NCBI GenBank assembly: GCA_050250895.1
Contig: JBFWNU010000006.1
Span: 151,513-215,512, forward strand
Direction: 5' to 3'
Length of the DNA stretch: 64,000 bases
DNA from: Vulcanimicrobiota bacterium
GTDB taxonomy: Bacteria; Vulcanimicrobiota; Xenobia; Xenobiales; JADMJV01
In this document: in pieces, positions 29,939 to 39,362 of the stretch
Position numbering within the stretch: the stretch's first letter is position 1
Layout of the letters: every line of letters begins with the position of its first letter
Program-made: the position numbers and the translations under genes
Notes under the pieces: generated by a model
Database searches by the model: none
What the model was told of the DNA's origin: nothing
The model's input: the letters and a program-made list of their open reading frames with translations, nothing else

Positions 29939-30645
29939 ATCAGCTCGACCTGTTCGCGGCGAACCCACCCCTGAACCCTTCCTAGAGCGAGAATCTGCAG
30001 CCAGTCGTCGCGCGTGGCCAGCACTCGCACGGCCGTCCCGGGATGCAGCGTCAGGCTGTCGGTGAACTCGGGACCGGGTCCGTTCTTCACCTGGGCGACC
30101 GCCGAGATGACCACGGCTCGGTGGGCGCCGGGCCCTAGTTCTTTCCAGCTGAGCACCCCCACCAGCAAGAGCAGCACCACCAGGCAAGCGGCCGAGCCCC
30201 AGGCCAGCGGTTCGCGATGGCGCTGGCGGTAGAGCAGGAAGAGCCCTACCGTCGCCAGGTTGAACAGCAGGATTGCGCCGGCCAGTTCGTTTTCGGTCAG
30301 CAGGCGGACGAGTCGCGTCAAGCCGTCTTCGGGGGGCTCGCTGTCGCTGAGCTGGCTGCGCAGCAGAGCCAGATTGTGCGCCAGGTTGCGGTCGCGAGGA
30401 CGATAGAGGCGAGCCTTCTCGTAGGCCACCCGGGCCCGTCCCAGGTCGGCCAACTGGTAGTAGGCGTTGCCCAGATTGTAGAGGACCTCGCCCGATTCGC
30501 CCTCCTCGAGACTCTGGCGATAGAGTTCGGCCGAGCGTGAGTAGGCTCCCTTTAGATAGGCGTCGTTGGCCTGGCGGTAAAGCTCATCGGGCGGGTCGGC
30601 CAGTCCCAGGGTGGTGAGCAGCAGCAAGAACATGACCGTCCTCAT
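29935..30645 (-). CDS. batE: BatE-like TPR plus SH3 protein
   Basis: YNLGNAYY TPR, two TM helices, SH3b-like GPG...LHPG...GWV; ATGA overlap with batD. Confidence 0.8.
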   Translation of the reverse strand: MRTVMFLLLLTTLGLADPPDELYRQANDAYLKGAYSRSAELYRQSLEEGESGEVLYNLGNAYYQLADLGRARVAYEKARLYRPRDRNLAHNLALLRSQLSDSEPPEDGLTRLVRLLTENELAGAILLFNLATVGLFLLYRQRHREPLAWGSAACLVVLLLLVGVLSWKELGPGAHRAVVISAVAQVKNGPGPEFTDSLTLHPGTAVRVLATRDDWLQILALGRVQGWVRREQVELI

Positions 30646-32345
30646 TGGGGCCACTCCGTCTTCAGGCGACGCAGCAGCGCCAGGGCGCGCTGCCGTTCCT
30701 GGGCCGTCAGTTCGGCGGCGGTTCCGGCGTAGCGCCGATGGTCGCACTCGCGCAACCAATCCAGCAATTGCTCACGCAGGTTCTGGTCGAGGCCCGCTTG
30801 CGCGAGTGTCTGCTCGAGGCGGCGATGGGAGAATCCCGCGGTGGGCCGCTCGAGACGGCTACTGAGGTAGCGATGGATCAGCCGCGGCAATTCTTCGGCG
30901 CTGCGAGTCTGTTGTAGCTCTCTCTCCAGGTCCTGGCGGGCCCGGCTCCGCCACTCTTGCGCTCCCCGGGCCACCCGGCGTCGCAACCAGGGCAAGCCGG
31001 CCGTCAGCAAGAGAGCCAGGATCGGCAGGGCTTGAGCGGCCAAGAACAGGGGAGAGGTTAACCAGCGGCCTGGGCGGCGGGGGGTTCTCTCGAGCAGCGG
31101 CTTGAGTTGCGGTTCGCTGCCAGACGGATCGCTGGCCTCGGGGTTGGCTTCGGGCAGGGCTTCGCCCGTGACTTCGACCTCGAGGTCAGGAGAGGTCACC
31201 ACCTCGTACTGATCACTGGCAGGGTCGAAGTAGGCCAACTGCAGATTCGAGATCACCAGCCGGCCGGGTTTGGTCGGCACCAGGCTGGTGGTGAAGGTCT
31301 TCTTGCCCCGCACTTCCTGGCCCACCGCGCGGGTCTGACCGGTGGTGTTGGTCTCGTAGACGCGAAATCCGGGCATAGGCGGCAAAGGTAGGTCTGGCAC
31401 CAGTTCGACGTTGCCGTCGCCCTCGATGGTGCGGGTCAGGGTAATCGTCTTGCCCACCTCGGCTCGCCGCGTGCTGAGCTTGCAATCGAGGTTGAAGTTG
31501 CCTACCGCGCCACTGAAGTTGGCCGGCTTGCCCTTGTCTGGCAAGGGCAGCACCGTGACCTCGATGGGGTCGGATTGAAATACGCGGGCATCGGGTCGAA
31601 ACCAGTTCGAAGATACGGCCCGGAGCTCGACTGGCGGCAGGGTGAACTTTCCCGGGGTGAGGGGAAAGAAGGCCGTCCTGACCACGCTCACCGCGTAGCG
31701 GTAGCCGTTCTCATATTCTTCGTGCGACTCTTGGGGGAAGTCGAGCCGCAAGAATCCGGTCGGATTGATCGGATTGTAGCGCGGGTCGGAAATCAGTCGG
31801 ACCCGGTGATGGAACGAGAAGGTGAAGATCAAAGGCTGGTTCTGGTAAATCTTTTTGGGTTCGGCGGTGGCCCGCACGAACATCGAGGGCGACTCTTCGT
31901 CATCGCTCTCGTCGTCGGGCTCATAACTGGGCGGCTGAGGCTGGGGCCAACCCGGAAATTGAGGTCGGGTTGGTCGGCTGGCGCCGCTGACATCGAGCTG
32001 ATAAGAGCGTGTGTAGTAGGTCTGACCGGCAATCTCGACCTTCACCGGAGGAATGGTTAGCTGCCCGGCGCGGGTGGGCTGAATCAGATAGCCATACTCG
32101 TCGCTGGCCGTCATCTGACCGTTGGTGGTGACATAGCTCTGTTGGCGGCTGATCAGGCGGACGTAGGCTCCTGGGATGGTCGGCTCCTCGATGTTGGCCG
32201 AGCCCATCCCGCCCGAGACGCGGACCGTCAGGACGGCCGCTTCGCCAACGCCCAGGCTGGTGCGATCCAGGCTGGCGCTGACTTGCGGTCCCTGGGCTAG
32301 AGCGGGCCAGCTAAACAGCAGGAGCAGCCACAGGACCCGCTTCAC
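30642..32345 (-). CDS. batD: BatD family protein
   Basis: Signal peptide, GQLTIPPVKVEIAG, FSGAVGNF, YFDPAS, C-terminal TM; operon context. Confidence 0.85.
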   Translation of the reverse strand: MKRVLWLLLLFSWPALAQGPQVSASLDRTSLGVGEAAVLTVRVSGGMGSANIEEPTIPGAYVRLISRQQSYVTTNGQMTASDEYGYLIQPTRAGQLTIPPVKVEIAGQTYYTRSYQLDVSGASRPTRPQFPGWPQPQPPSYEPDDESDDEESPSMFVRATAEPKKIYQNQPLIFTFSFHHRVRLISDPRYNPINPTGFLRLDFPQESHEEYENGYRYAVSVVRTAFFPLTPGKFTLPPVELRAVSSNWFRPDARVFQSDPIEVTVLPLPDKGKPANFSGAVGNFNLDCKLSTRRAEVGKTITLTRTIEGDGNVELVPDLPLPPMPGFRVYETNTTGQTRAVGQEVRGKKTFTTSLVPTKPGRLVISNLQLAYFDPASDQYEVVTSPDLEVEVTGEALPEANPEASDPSGSEPQLKPLLERTPRRPGRWLTSPLFLAAQALPILALLLTAGLPWLRRRVARGAQEWRSRARQDLERELQQTRSAEELPRLIHRYLSSRLERPTAGFSHRRLEQTLAQAGLDQNLREQLLDWLRECDHRRYAGTAAELTAQERQRALALLRRLKTEWPQ

Positions 32346-33121
32346 CAGGTCTCGGTTCCTTTGGGCGGTCTGGCCTGACGCACCCGCGCTTTGGGGGCGT
32401 CTTTGTCTTCCTTCTGCTGGAAGTATTGCAGCAAGCGCTCGGCGTCTTGCTTGCTCATTTGCGGCTCTTGAGGCTGGGGCTGCTTGCTCTGGTCTTTGTC
32501 CTTTTGGTCCTGGTCGTCCTTGTTCTGGTCCTTATCCTGGTCCTTGTTCTTATCCTGGTCCTTGTTTTTGTTCTTGTCTTTGTCTTTGTCTTTGTCTTGA
32601 TTCTTGTCTTGCTTGTCCTGGTTCTTATCCTGATCGTCTTGCTGGTCTTTGTCTTTGTTCTTATCTTTATCTTTATCCTGATTCTTCTTGTCTTGGTCGT
32701 TTTGATTCTGATTCTTCTGTTTGAGCAACTGTTCGATATTGTAGCGGGCGTCGTCATCGAGTTCGTTCCAGCGCAGGGCTATCTTATAGGCTTCGAGGGC
32801 TTCGTCGTTCTTCTTTTGCTGGAACAGGGCGTTGCCCTCATTGTAGGCGGCTCGGCCCACGAATTCGGGATCGCGGGCCTCGACCAGCCGATGAAAGAGT
32901 TCTCCGGCTTCTTTATATTGGCCCTGGCGATAGAGGCTGGTGGCCAGGTTGTAGGTGGCCCGGGCATCCTCTGGTCTCTCCTTGAGGGCCTGGCGATAGA
33001 ACTTCTCGGCTTCGGCCGGCTTATCCGAGCGCATGGCCTGGTCACCCTGCCATAGCTGGCTGGGATACCAGGCCAGGGCCGGCGAGCTGAGCAGCAACAA
33101 CACCAGCAGCAGGCGCGTCAT
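32342..33121 (-). CDS. batC: BatC-like TPR protein with K/D/Q/N low-complexity tail
   Basis: YNLATSLY and YNEGNALF TPRs, DARYN, MSKQDAERLL, C-terminal Trp. Confidence 0.8.
   Translation of the reverse strand: MTRLLLVLLLLSSPALAWYPSQLWQGDQAMRSDKPAEAEKFYRQALKERPEDARATYNLATSLYRQGQYKEAGELFHRLVEARDPEFVGRAAYNEGNALFQQKKNDEALEAYKIALRWNELDDDARYNIEQLLKQKNQNQNDQDKKNQDKDKDKNKDKDQQDDQDKNQDKQDKNQDKDKDKDKNKNKDQDKNKDQDKDQNKDDQDQKDKDQSKQPQPQEPQMSKQDAERLLQYFQQKEDKDAPKARVRQARPPKGTETW
32490..32720 (-). repeat. Coding low-complexity repeat (KDKD/KNQD) in batC
   Basis: Plus strand TCTTTG/TCTTAT/TCCTGG hexamer runs encoding KDKDKDKNKDKDQQDDQDKNQD... Confidence 0.9.
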
Positions 33122-34113
33122 TGGGACACCAGCGTCTTTCTGCCGGCCAGGGCCTGGGCCAGCACGAATACGACCAGGGTCAGGGCCAGAAAGATCTGAA
33201 ATCGGTCTTGATAGCGCAGCATCATCTGGCTCTCGAGGGCCTGGCGCTCGGAGTTGTTGATGGCCTTGACGATGGGCGCCAGGGGCTCGGCCCGACCATC
33301 AGCTCGGGTAAACACGCCGCCGGTCAATTCGGCCATCTCGCGCAGGGTCTTCTCATCGAGCTTGCTGATCACGGTGTTGCCCTGGTCGTCGCGCACATAG
33401 CCGCCGTAAGGGGCAGGAATCTTGGCGCCCTCGGGGCTGCCGATGCCCACGCAGTAGAGGACGACCCCTTTACGAGCTGCCTCCTTGGCGGCCTCGATGG
33501 GTTCGCTGTGGTGGTCTTCTCCGTCGGTGAGCAAGACGATGGCCCGGGCGTGATCTCCATCCTGCGGAAAGCCCGTCAGAGCCAGCCTTACTGCGTCTCC
33601 GATGGCGGTGCCGGGCACCTGAACTGCTTGCTGGTCGAGTTGGCGCAAGAAGAGCTGGGTGGCTCCGACATCGAGGGTGAGGGGACAGAAGACGAAGGCC
33701 GAGCCGGCAAAGCCGATCAGGCCCATGCGGTTGCCCTGCAGCTGGTCACTCAGGCGCGAGAGCTCGCGTTTGGCCGATTCCATTCGGTCGGGGTCGAGAT
33801 CGCGGGCGGCCATGCTGGTCGAGCAGTCTACCACGAAGAAGATGTCGATAGCCTGGCGCTCGACCTTGACCATCTCCGAACCCCATTGGGGGCCGGCCAG
33901 GGTGAAGATCAGGCAGGCCAATCCGAGCAGCCGCAAGAGCAGCACCAGATAGGCCGTGCGGCGATCGTAGCCTTCGGCCAGCCGGGCCAGCATGGGGTGC
34001 TGCATGAACTGGGAAATGATGTTCTCGCGCTCACGCTCACGCAAGTAGAGAAACACTCCCAGGAAGGCCCAGGGAATCAGCAGCAGCAGAACCCACGGGG
34101 TGGCTAAATTCAC
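33118..34113 (-). CDS. batB: BatB-like vWA protein
   Basis: LAGPQWG, DCSTSM MIDAS, LLTDGEDH. Confidence 0.85.
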   Translation of the reverse strand: MNLATPWVLLLLIPWAFLGVFLYLRERERENIISQFMQHPMLARLAEGYDRRTAYLVLLLRLLGLACLIFTLAGPQWGSEMVKVERQAIDIFFVVDCSTSMAARDLDPDRMESAKRELSRLSDQLQGNRMGLIGFAGSAFVFCPLTLDVGATQLFLRQLDQQAVQVPGTAIGDAVRLALTGFPQDGDHARAIVLLTDGEDHHSEPIEAAKEAARKGVVLYCVGIGSPEGAKIPAPYGGYVRDDQGNTVISKLDEKTLREMAELTGGVFTRADGRAEPLAPIVKAINNSERQALESQMMLRYQDRFQIFLALTLVVFVLAQALAGRKTLVSQ

Positions 34114-35099
34114 GGCACCTCCCGATAACGCGTGTAGGCCAGCAGCATCGCCCCTGCCAGCAGCAGGCCGCCGGGGCCCACCAGATAGACGAACAGTTCT
34201 CGATAGCGGGTGACCTTCTCACGCGGAGTCTCGGTCTTCTCGAGCTGGTCGATCTCACGATAGACGTTGGTGAGGCTACGGTTGTCGGTGGCCCGAAAAT
34301 ACTTGCCCCCGGTGGCCTGGGCAATGCGGGTAAGGGTTTCGTCGTCAATGTCGACCCGCACCGATTGCGAGGTCTGGATGCCGAGCGGGCCGGTCACCGT
34401 ATAGGGAGCTACCCCGGTCGTGCCCACCCCGATGGTATAGATGCGCAGGCCGAACTGGTTGGCCAGCTGAGCCGCCGAGATGGGGTCGATCTCGCCGGCA
34501 TTGTTGCGCCCGTCGGTGAGCAGGATGATGACCTTGCTCTTGCCGGGCACGTCCTTGAGGCGATTGACACAAGTCGCCAGGGCCGTGCCGATGGCCGTGC
34601 CGTCGACGCCCGTGATGCCCGGGGCGATGGAGTCGAGCAACAACCCCACCGTCGAGTGATCCGCGGTGAGCGGGCACTGGGTGTAGGCCACACCGGCATA
34701 GACCACTACTCCGATCCGATCATCGGGACGCGAGTTGACGAACGACTTGCTGACCTCCTTGGCCGCCGCCAGCCGGTTCGGCACCAGATCCTGCGCCTCC
34801 ATGCTCGAAGAGGTGTCGATGCAGAGCATGATGTCGATGCCCTCGGACGTGATGTTTTGAGTCCCCAGGCCGGCCTGGGGCCGGGCCAGACCCACGATCA
34901 AGAGAGCCATTCCCAGAGCCCCCAGGGCCAGGGGAATGTGCCCCTCCCAAACCGGGCGGGCGGCGCTCGACCAGTCGACCAGGCCCAGATCCGAGTAACC
35001 TACCGCTGGCTTGCGGCGCTTGGACTGGCGCACCTGGTGATAAAGCAAGGCCAGCAGCAGCGGCAACAACAACAGATAATAGGGATCAGCCAGGCGCAT
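34110..35099 (-). CDS. batA: BatA-like vWA protein
   Basis: LARPQ, DTSSSM, GTAIG, LLTDGRNNAG, IDQLEKT. Confidence 0.88.
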   Translation of the reverse strand: MRLADPYYLLLLPLLLALLYHQVRQSKRRKPAVGYSDLGLVDWSSAARPVWEGHIPLALGALGMALLIVGLARPQAGLGTQNITSEGIDIMLCIDTSSSMEAQDLVPNRLAAAKEVSKSFVNSRPDDRIGVVVYAGVAYTQCPLTADHSTVGLLLDSIAPGITGVDGTAIGTALATCVNRLKDVPGKSKVIILLTDGRNNAGEIDPISAAQLANQFGLRIYTIGVGTTGVAPYTVTGPLGIQTSQSVRVDIDDETLTRIAQATGGKYFRATDNRSLTNVYREIDQLEKTETPREKVTRYRELFVYLVGPGGLLLAGAMLLAYTRYREVP

Positions 35100-36000
35100 C
35101 GGTGGGCTCCTCTATCTGGGTGCCGACGATGAGGGCGCGGGTGCGACGCAGTTCGGTGCGCCCCTCTTCCTGGTCGGGCTCGCGCTGGGCGAATTTGGCC
35201 AGGTCGGCCAGGCCCAGCACCGTCTTGACATCGCGCCGCAGCTCTTCGTCGTATTCGCCACGGCGCAGGTCGGCCAGCAACTCTGAGGTCGTCCGCTCGA
35301 GCACGGGGATCGAGAAACGGGCGGCCAGATACGAGCGCAGAATGGCCGATAGCCGGTCCGCAAATTCTTGACCCTGGCCGTTCTCGAGCAGGCGCTCTCG
35401 CTCGAGCTCTTCTAACCGGCGCAGGGCGATGACGTGGGCTGGCTCGGGCGGGGGAGTGGGCTTTTCCGCCTGACGCCGCGCCAACAGCTTGCCTAGCCGC
35501 CAGCCCAGCCCGAGCAAACCGGCCGCGACGGTCACCAGCAGCAGGTACACCCAGAGCGGAATTGGCATCGGGTCATAGGCTTTGAGATCGCGAATCTGGC
35601 CTGCTTTGTCTCCGGGTTTGGGCGTCGAGCCGGTCAGTTTGACAGGGAGTTCCCGGGTCGAGACGCTGGACTTGCCCAAACGAAAGGTCAGGGCCGGAAT
35701 CTTGAAGTCCCCCGGCTCGTAGCGGGCCAGTTTGAGGGTGTAACGGTAACGGTCGCGGCCTGCCTCTTTGGGCAAGGCGTTGAGCACCGCGTCGCGTACC
35801 TCGAACCCCTCGACCTTGAGCTTCTCGGGAGGCGGGGGCTCGAAGCTCTGGCCGGGCTCAACCGCCAGGTCGACCACCAGACGCAAGGTGGTGCCGAACG
35901 GAGCGGTCGAGGGAGAAACCTCGGCCTCCACCGACAAGGGGGCGGACCAGGCCGGTACGACCAACCACAGCCAGAGCAACAAAATCCCCAGCCGTCTCAT
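35086..36000 (-). CDS. Bat-operon membrane-anchored protein (BatD-N/DUF4381-like)
   Basis: Signal peptide, Ig-like part, TM helix, LRSYL..RF...ERTTSE...ADLAKFA. Confidence 0.8.
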   Translation of the reverse strand: MRRLGILLLWLWLVVPAWSAPLSVEAEVSPSTAPFGTTLRLVVDLAVEPGQSFEPPPPEKLKVEGFEVRDAVLNALPKEAGRDRYRYTLKLARYEPGDFKIPALTFRLGKSSVSTRELPVKLTGSTPKPGDKAGQIRDLKAYDPMPIPLWVYLLLVTVAAGLLGLGWRLGKLLARRQAEKPTPPPEPAHVIALRRLEELERERLLENGQGQEFADRLSAILRSYLAARFSIPVLERTTSELLADLRRGEYDEELRRDVKTVLGLADLAKFAQREPDQEEGRTELRRTRALIVGTQIEEPTDAPG

Positions 36001-36917
36001 GCCCGGGCCTTTCGGCGCGCTTGTTTGCGGGCAAAGAACCTCACCAGGTTTTGGACCGGGGCCTGGTCCGTGGCGTACTCGGCATAGTCGACACGAGCGG
36101 CCTCGAAGACCTTGCGTAGACCCAGTTGGCGTTTATCCACCTGCTGTTGAAAATTCTGTTGAAAGCCGGGGTCGTTGGTGTCGAGCAACACCGTCTTGCC
36201 GCTCTCGAGGTCTTTGAGGCGGATGCGGCCCACCGCCGGAATTTGTTGCTCGCGAGGGTCGTAAAGGCGAAAGGCCGACAGGTCGTGGCGCCGGCCGGTG
36301 AGCCGCAGCATGCGCACGGCTGTGTCACGCTCCTTCTCCAAATCGGCAAACGGCGAGCCCAGAAAGTCCGAGAGCACGAACACCAGGGCTCGGCGTTTGT
36401 GCACGCGATTGAGCCGGGACAGCGCCTGGCCCAGGTTGGTGCCACGCCCCTCGGCCGGCGGCGCCAGAATCTCGCGAATCAGCCGCAAAACGTGACGCCG
36501 GCCTTTGCCGGGGGGGATGTACTCGTCGACCTCGTCAGAAAAGAGCATCAAGCCGATCTTGTCGTTGTTGACCAGGGCCGAGAAGGCCAGAATCGCTCCG
36601 ATCTCGCCGGCCAACTCGCGCTTGCTTTGCTGGCCGCTCCCGAAGGTGAGCGAGCCGCTGTTGTCGACCACCAGCATCATGGCCAGTTCGCGCTCTTCTT
36701 CATTGCGTTTGACGAAGGGGCGGCCAAAGCGGGCGGTGACGTTCCAATCGATGTTGCGCACATCGTCGCCGGGCAGATATTCGCGAAACTCGGCAAATTC
36801 GATACCGCGCCCTTTGAACAGGCTCTCGTACTGACCGGCAAAGACTTGCTCGACCAGCTTCGAGGTCACGATCTCGATGCGGCGGATTTTCTTGCGAATA
36901 TCCTCGGCCGACATCAA
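35997..36917 (-). CDS. DUF58 family protein
   Basis: GIEFAEFREYLPGDDVRNIDWNVTAR, EEERE, VLSDF. Confidence 0.93.
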   Translation of the reverse strand: MMSAEDIRKKIRRIEIVTSKLVEQVFAGQYESLFKGRGIEFAEFREYLPGDDVRNIDWNVTARFGRPFVKRNEEERELAMMLVVDNSGSLTFGSGQQSKRELAGEIGAILAFSALVNNDKIGLMLFSDEVDEYIPPGKGRRHVLRLIREILAPPAEGRGTNLGQALSRLNRVHKRRALVFVLSDFLGSPFADLEKERDTAVRMLRLTGRRHDLSAFRLYDPREQQIPAVGRIRLKDLESGKTVLLDTNDPGFQQNFQQQVDKRQLGLRKVFEAARVDYAEYATDQAPVQNLVRFFARKQARRKARA

Positions 36918-37906
36918 GGCACCTCGATCTTGTCGAAGACCTGCCAGAGAAGAGCTTCCGAGTCCATCTCTTCGGCCTCGGCTTCGTAGCTGGGGATGAC
37001 CCGGTGGCGCAGCACGTCAAATCCGATGGACTTGACATCGTCGGGAGTGGCGAAGGCTCGTCCCCGCAGCAGGGCGTAGGCACGCGCAGCCTTGGCCAGA
37101 CAGATGCTGGCTCGAGGCGAGGCCCCGCAGGAGATGAGCGGAGCCAGGCGAGCCATGTCGAATTTCTTGGGTTCTCGGGTCGCCAGCACCAGGTCCAGGA
37201 TATAGTTCTTCACCTTGTCGTCGAGATAGATGAAGGGCACCAGCGAGCGCAACTCGAGCAGTTGCTCTTTCTTGAGCACGGCCTCGGCGGTGGGGAGCTG
37301 ATGGCCCGTCATGCGGTCGATGATCTGAAACTCTTCTTCGCGACTGGGATAGCCCATCTTGATCTTGAGCATGAAGCGGTCCACCTGGGCTTCGGGTAGA
37401 GGATAGGTGCCCTCTTGTTCAATGGGGTTCTGGGTGGCCATGACCAGAAAAGGTTGGGGAAGCCGAAAAGTCTCTTCGCCGATGGTCACCTGCTGCTCTT
37501 GCATCGCCTCGAGCAAGGCGCTCTGGACCTTGGCCGGGGCCCGGTTGATCTCGTCGGCCAGCACCAGATTGGCAAAGACGGGACCCTTCTTGACCGAGAA
37601 TTCGCCCGAACGGGGATTGTAGATGGTGGTGCCGACCAGGTCGGCCGGCAGCAGGTCGGGAGTGAACTGAATCCGGGCAAATTCGGCCGAAAGGGTGTCG
37701 GCCAGTGTCTTGAAGGTGAGGGTCTTGGCCAGACCCGGCACACCTTCGAGCAACACGTGCCCCCCGGCTAGAAGCCCTACCAGTATGCGCTCGATGACCT
37801 CGGACTGACCCACGATGACTTTACCCAGCTCGCTTTGCAGCGCTCGGAAAAAAGTACCCGCGCGGTCGATGGTCTCCTGGATGTTGTCAACCTTGGTTCC
37901 AGACAT
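36914..37906 (-). CDS. moxR: MoxR family AAA+ ATPase
   Basis: EGVPGLAKT, RIQFTPDLLPAD, DEINRAPAKVQSALLEAM, TQNPIEQEGTYPLPEAQ. Confidence 0.95.
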   Translation of the reverse strand: MSGTKVDNIQETIDRAGTFFRALQSELGKVIVGQSEVIERILVGLLAGGHVLLEGVPGLAKTLTFKTLADTLSAEFARIQFTPDLLPADLVGTTIYNPRSGEFSVKKGPVFANLVLADEINRAPAKVQSALLEAMQEQQVTIGEETFRLPQPFLVMATQNPIEQEGTYPLPEAQVDRFMLKIKMGYPSREEEFQIIDRMTGHQLPTAEAVLKKEQLLELRSLVPFIYLDDKVKNYILDLVLATREPKKFDMARLAPLISCGASPRASICLAKAARAYALLRGRAFATPDDVKSIGFDVLRHRVIPSYEAEAEEMDSEALLWQVFDKIEVP

Positions 37907-38033
37907 GCGCCCCTATTCTAGTGCCGGACAGCCGGCCCTCCTCCTGAGATAGCCGGTTGGACCGTTAAAGCCGGAAAAGGTTTCCTGTCGTTTGCCCCTT
38001 GTGAGCCGGACGCACCTGGCATAAGATGGGCGG

Positions 38034-39362
38034 GTGAATCAGCTTCGCCTGGCCTTCGCCCCGCGCTTCGCGGGGCTTTTCTGGACCCAGTTCCTGGGGG
38101 CCTTGAACGACAACCTTTTCAAGAATGCCCTGGTCATCTTGCTGACCTTTCGCGGGTTGTCGCTGGGTGGGTATAATGCCGACCAGCTGGTGATCTTCTG
38201 CTCGGGGTTGTTCATCTTACCCTTTTTCCTCTTCTCGGCCAATGCCGGCCAGCTGGCCGACCGTTATGAAAAGAGCAGGACCATTCGCCGCCTGAAGGTG
38301 ATGGAGCTGGTCATCGCCGTGCTGGCCACCATCGGCTTGCTGACCACCCGGGTGGAGTTGTTGTTGCTGGTGCTGTTTGGATTTGCGCTACAATCGGCCT
38401 ATTTCAGCCCCCTAAAATACGGCATTCTGCCCCAGCTACTTCGCCCCAGCGAGCTGGTGGCTGGTAACGCCCTGATCGAGACGGCTACCAGTCTGGCCAT
38501 CCTGTTTGGGCTTTTGCTGGGGGGCGTGTTAGTCTGGTGGAACCCGGTGGCAGTTTGCGTGGCTGTCTGTGTGGTGGCTCTCCTGGGATTTCGCAGCAGC
38601 CGCACCATTCCGCGGGTGGCCATCGGCGCCCCCGACCTCGAGATCGATCCCCTCATTTGGCGACCCGCCTTCGAATGTCTGCGGCTGGCCCGCAAACGCC
38701 GTTCGGTTTTCACCTGCATCCTGGGCATCAGCTGGTTCTGGTTGTACGCCGGTAGCATCATCACCCTCTTGCCGCGTTATGGCAAAGAAGCCCTGGGAGC
38801 CAACGAACACGTGGTCACCTATTTGCTGGGCGTCTTTTCGGTGGGGGTGGCGATCGGCGCGCTGCTCTGCGAACGGTTCTCGAAGGGTCATATCAACCTT
38901 GGGCTGGCGCCCGTGGGTGCCTTCGGCATGTCGTTGTTTGGACTGGATTTGTGGTTGACCGGCCCCCTGGCCGGCGAAACCCCCATGCAGTTGGGTGATT
39001 TTCTCCATCTGGTCAGCGGCTATCGCGTGCAGTTCGATATGGTCGGCCTGGCCGTGGCCGCCGGTCTTTTTATCGTACCACTTTTTGCCCACATCCAGGG
39101 CCGGACCGACCGGGCCGTCCGGGCTCGGGTGGTAGCCGCCAACAACATTCTCAACGCCGGCTTCATGGTGGGCTCGGCCGTAGGACTGTTTTTTCTCGAG
39201 CGGGCCGGCCTGACCGTATGCCAGACGGTGGGTCTGCTGGCCGGGCTCAATCTAGTGGTGGCCGCCCTGGCAGCGCGCCTCGTTCCTTACCTGGATACAG
39301 GAGCTAGCTCTCCCGACGGGAATTCGTCCACTGATGGGCGAGGAGCTGGAGCGACTGCGTGA
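38034..39362 (+). CDS. MFS transporter (LplT/Aas MFS-domain-like)
   Basis: TQFLGALNDNLFK, GQLADRYEK, KYGILPQ, AANNILNA. Confidence 0.85.
   Translation: MNQLRLAFAPRFAGLFWTQFLGALNDNLFKNALVILLTFRGLSLGGYNADQLVIFCSGLFILPFFLFSANAGQLADRYEKSRTIRRLKVMELVIAVLATIGLLTTRVELLLLVLFGFALQSAYFSPLKYGILPQLLRPSELVAGNALIETATSLAILFGLLLGGVLVWWNPVAVCVAVCVVALLGFRSSRTIPRVAIGAPDLEIDPLIWRPAFECLRLARKRRSVFTCILGISWFWLYAGSIITLLPRYGKEALGANEHVVTYLLGVFSVGVAIGALLCERFSKGHINLGLAPVGAFGMSLFGLDLWLTGPLAGETPMQLGDFLHLVSGYRVQFDMVGLAVAAGLFIVPLFAHIQGRTDRAVRARVVAANNILNAGFMVGSAVGLFFLERAGLTVCQTVGLLAGLNLVVAALAARLVPYLDTGASSPDGNSSTDGRGAGATA

Noticed and set aside
32426-33055. Plus-strand ORF rich in VLVLILV
   Set aside because: Antisense shadow of the KD/NQ repeat in batC.
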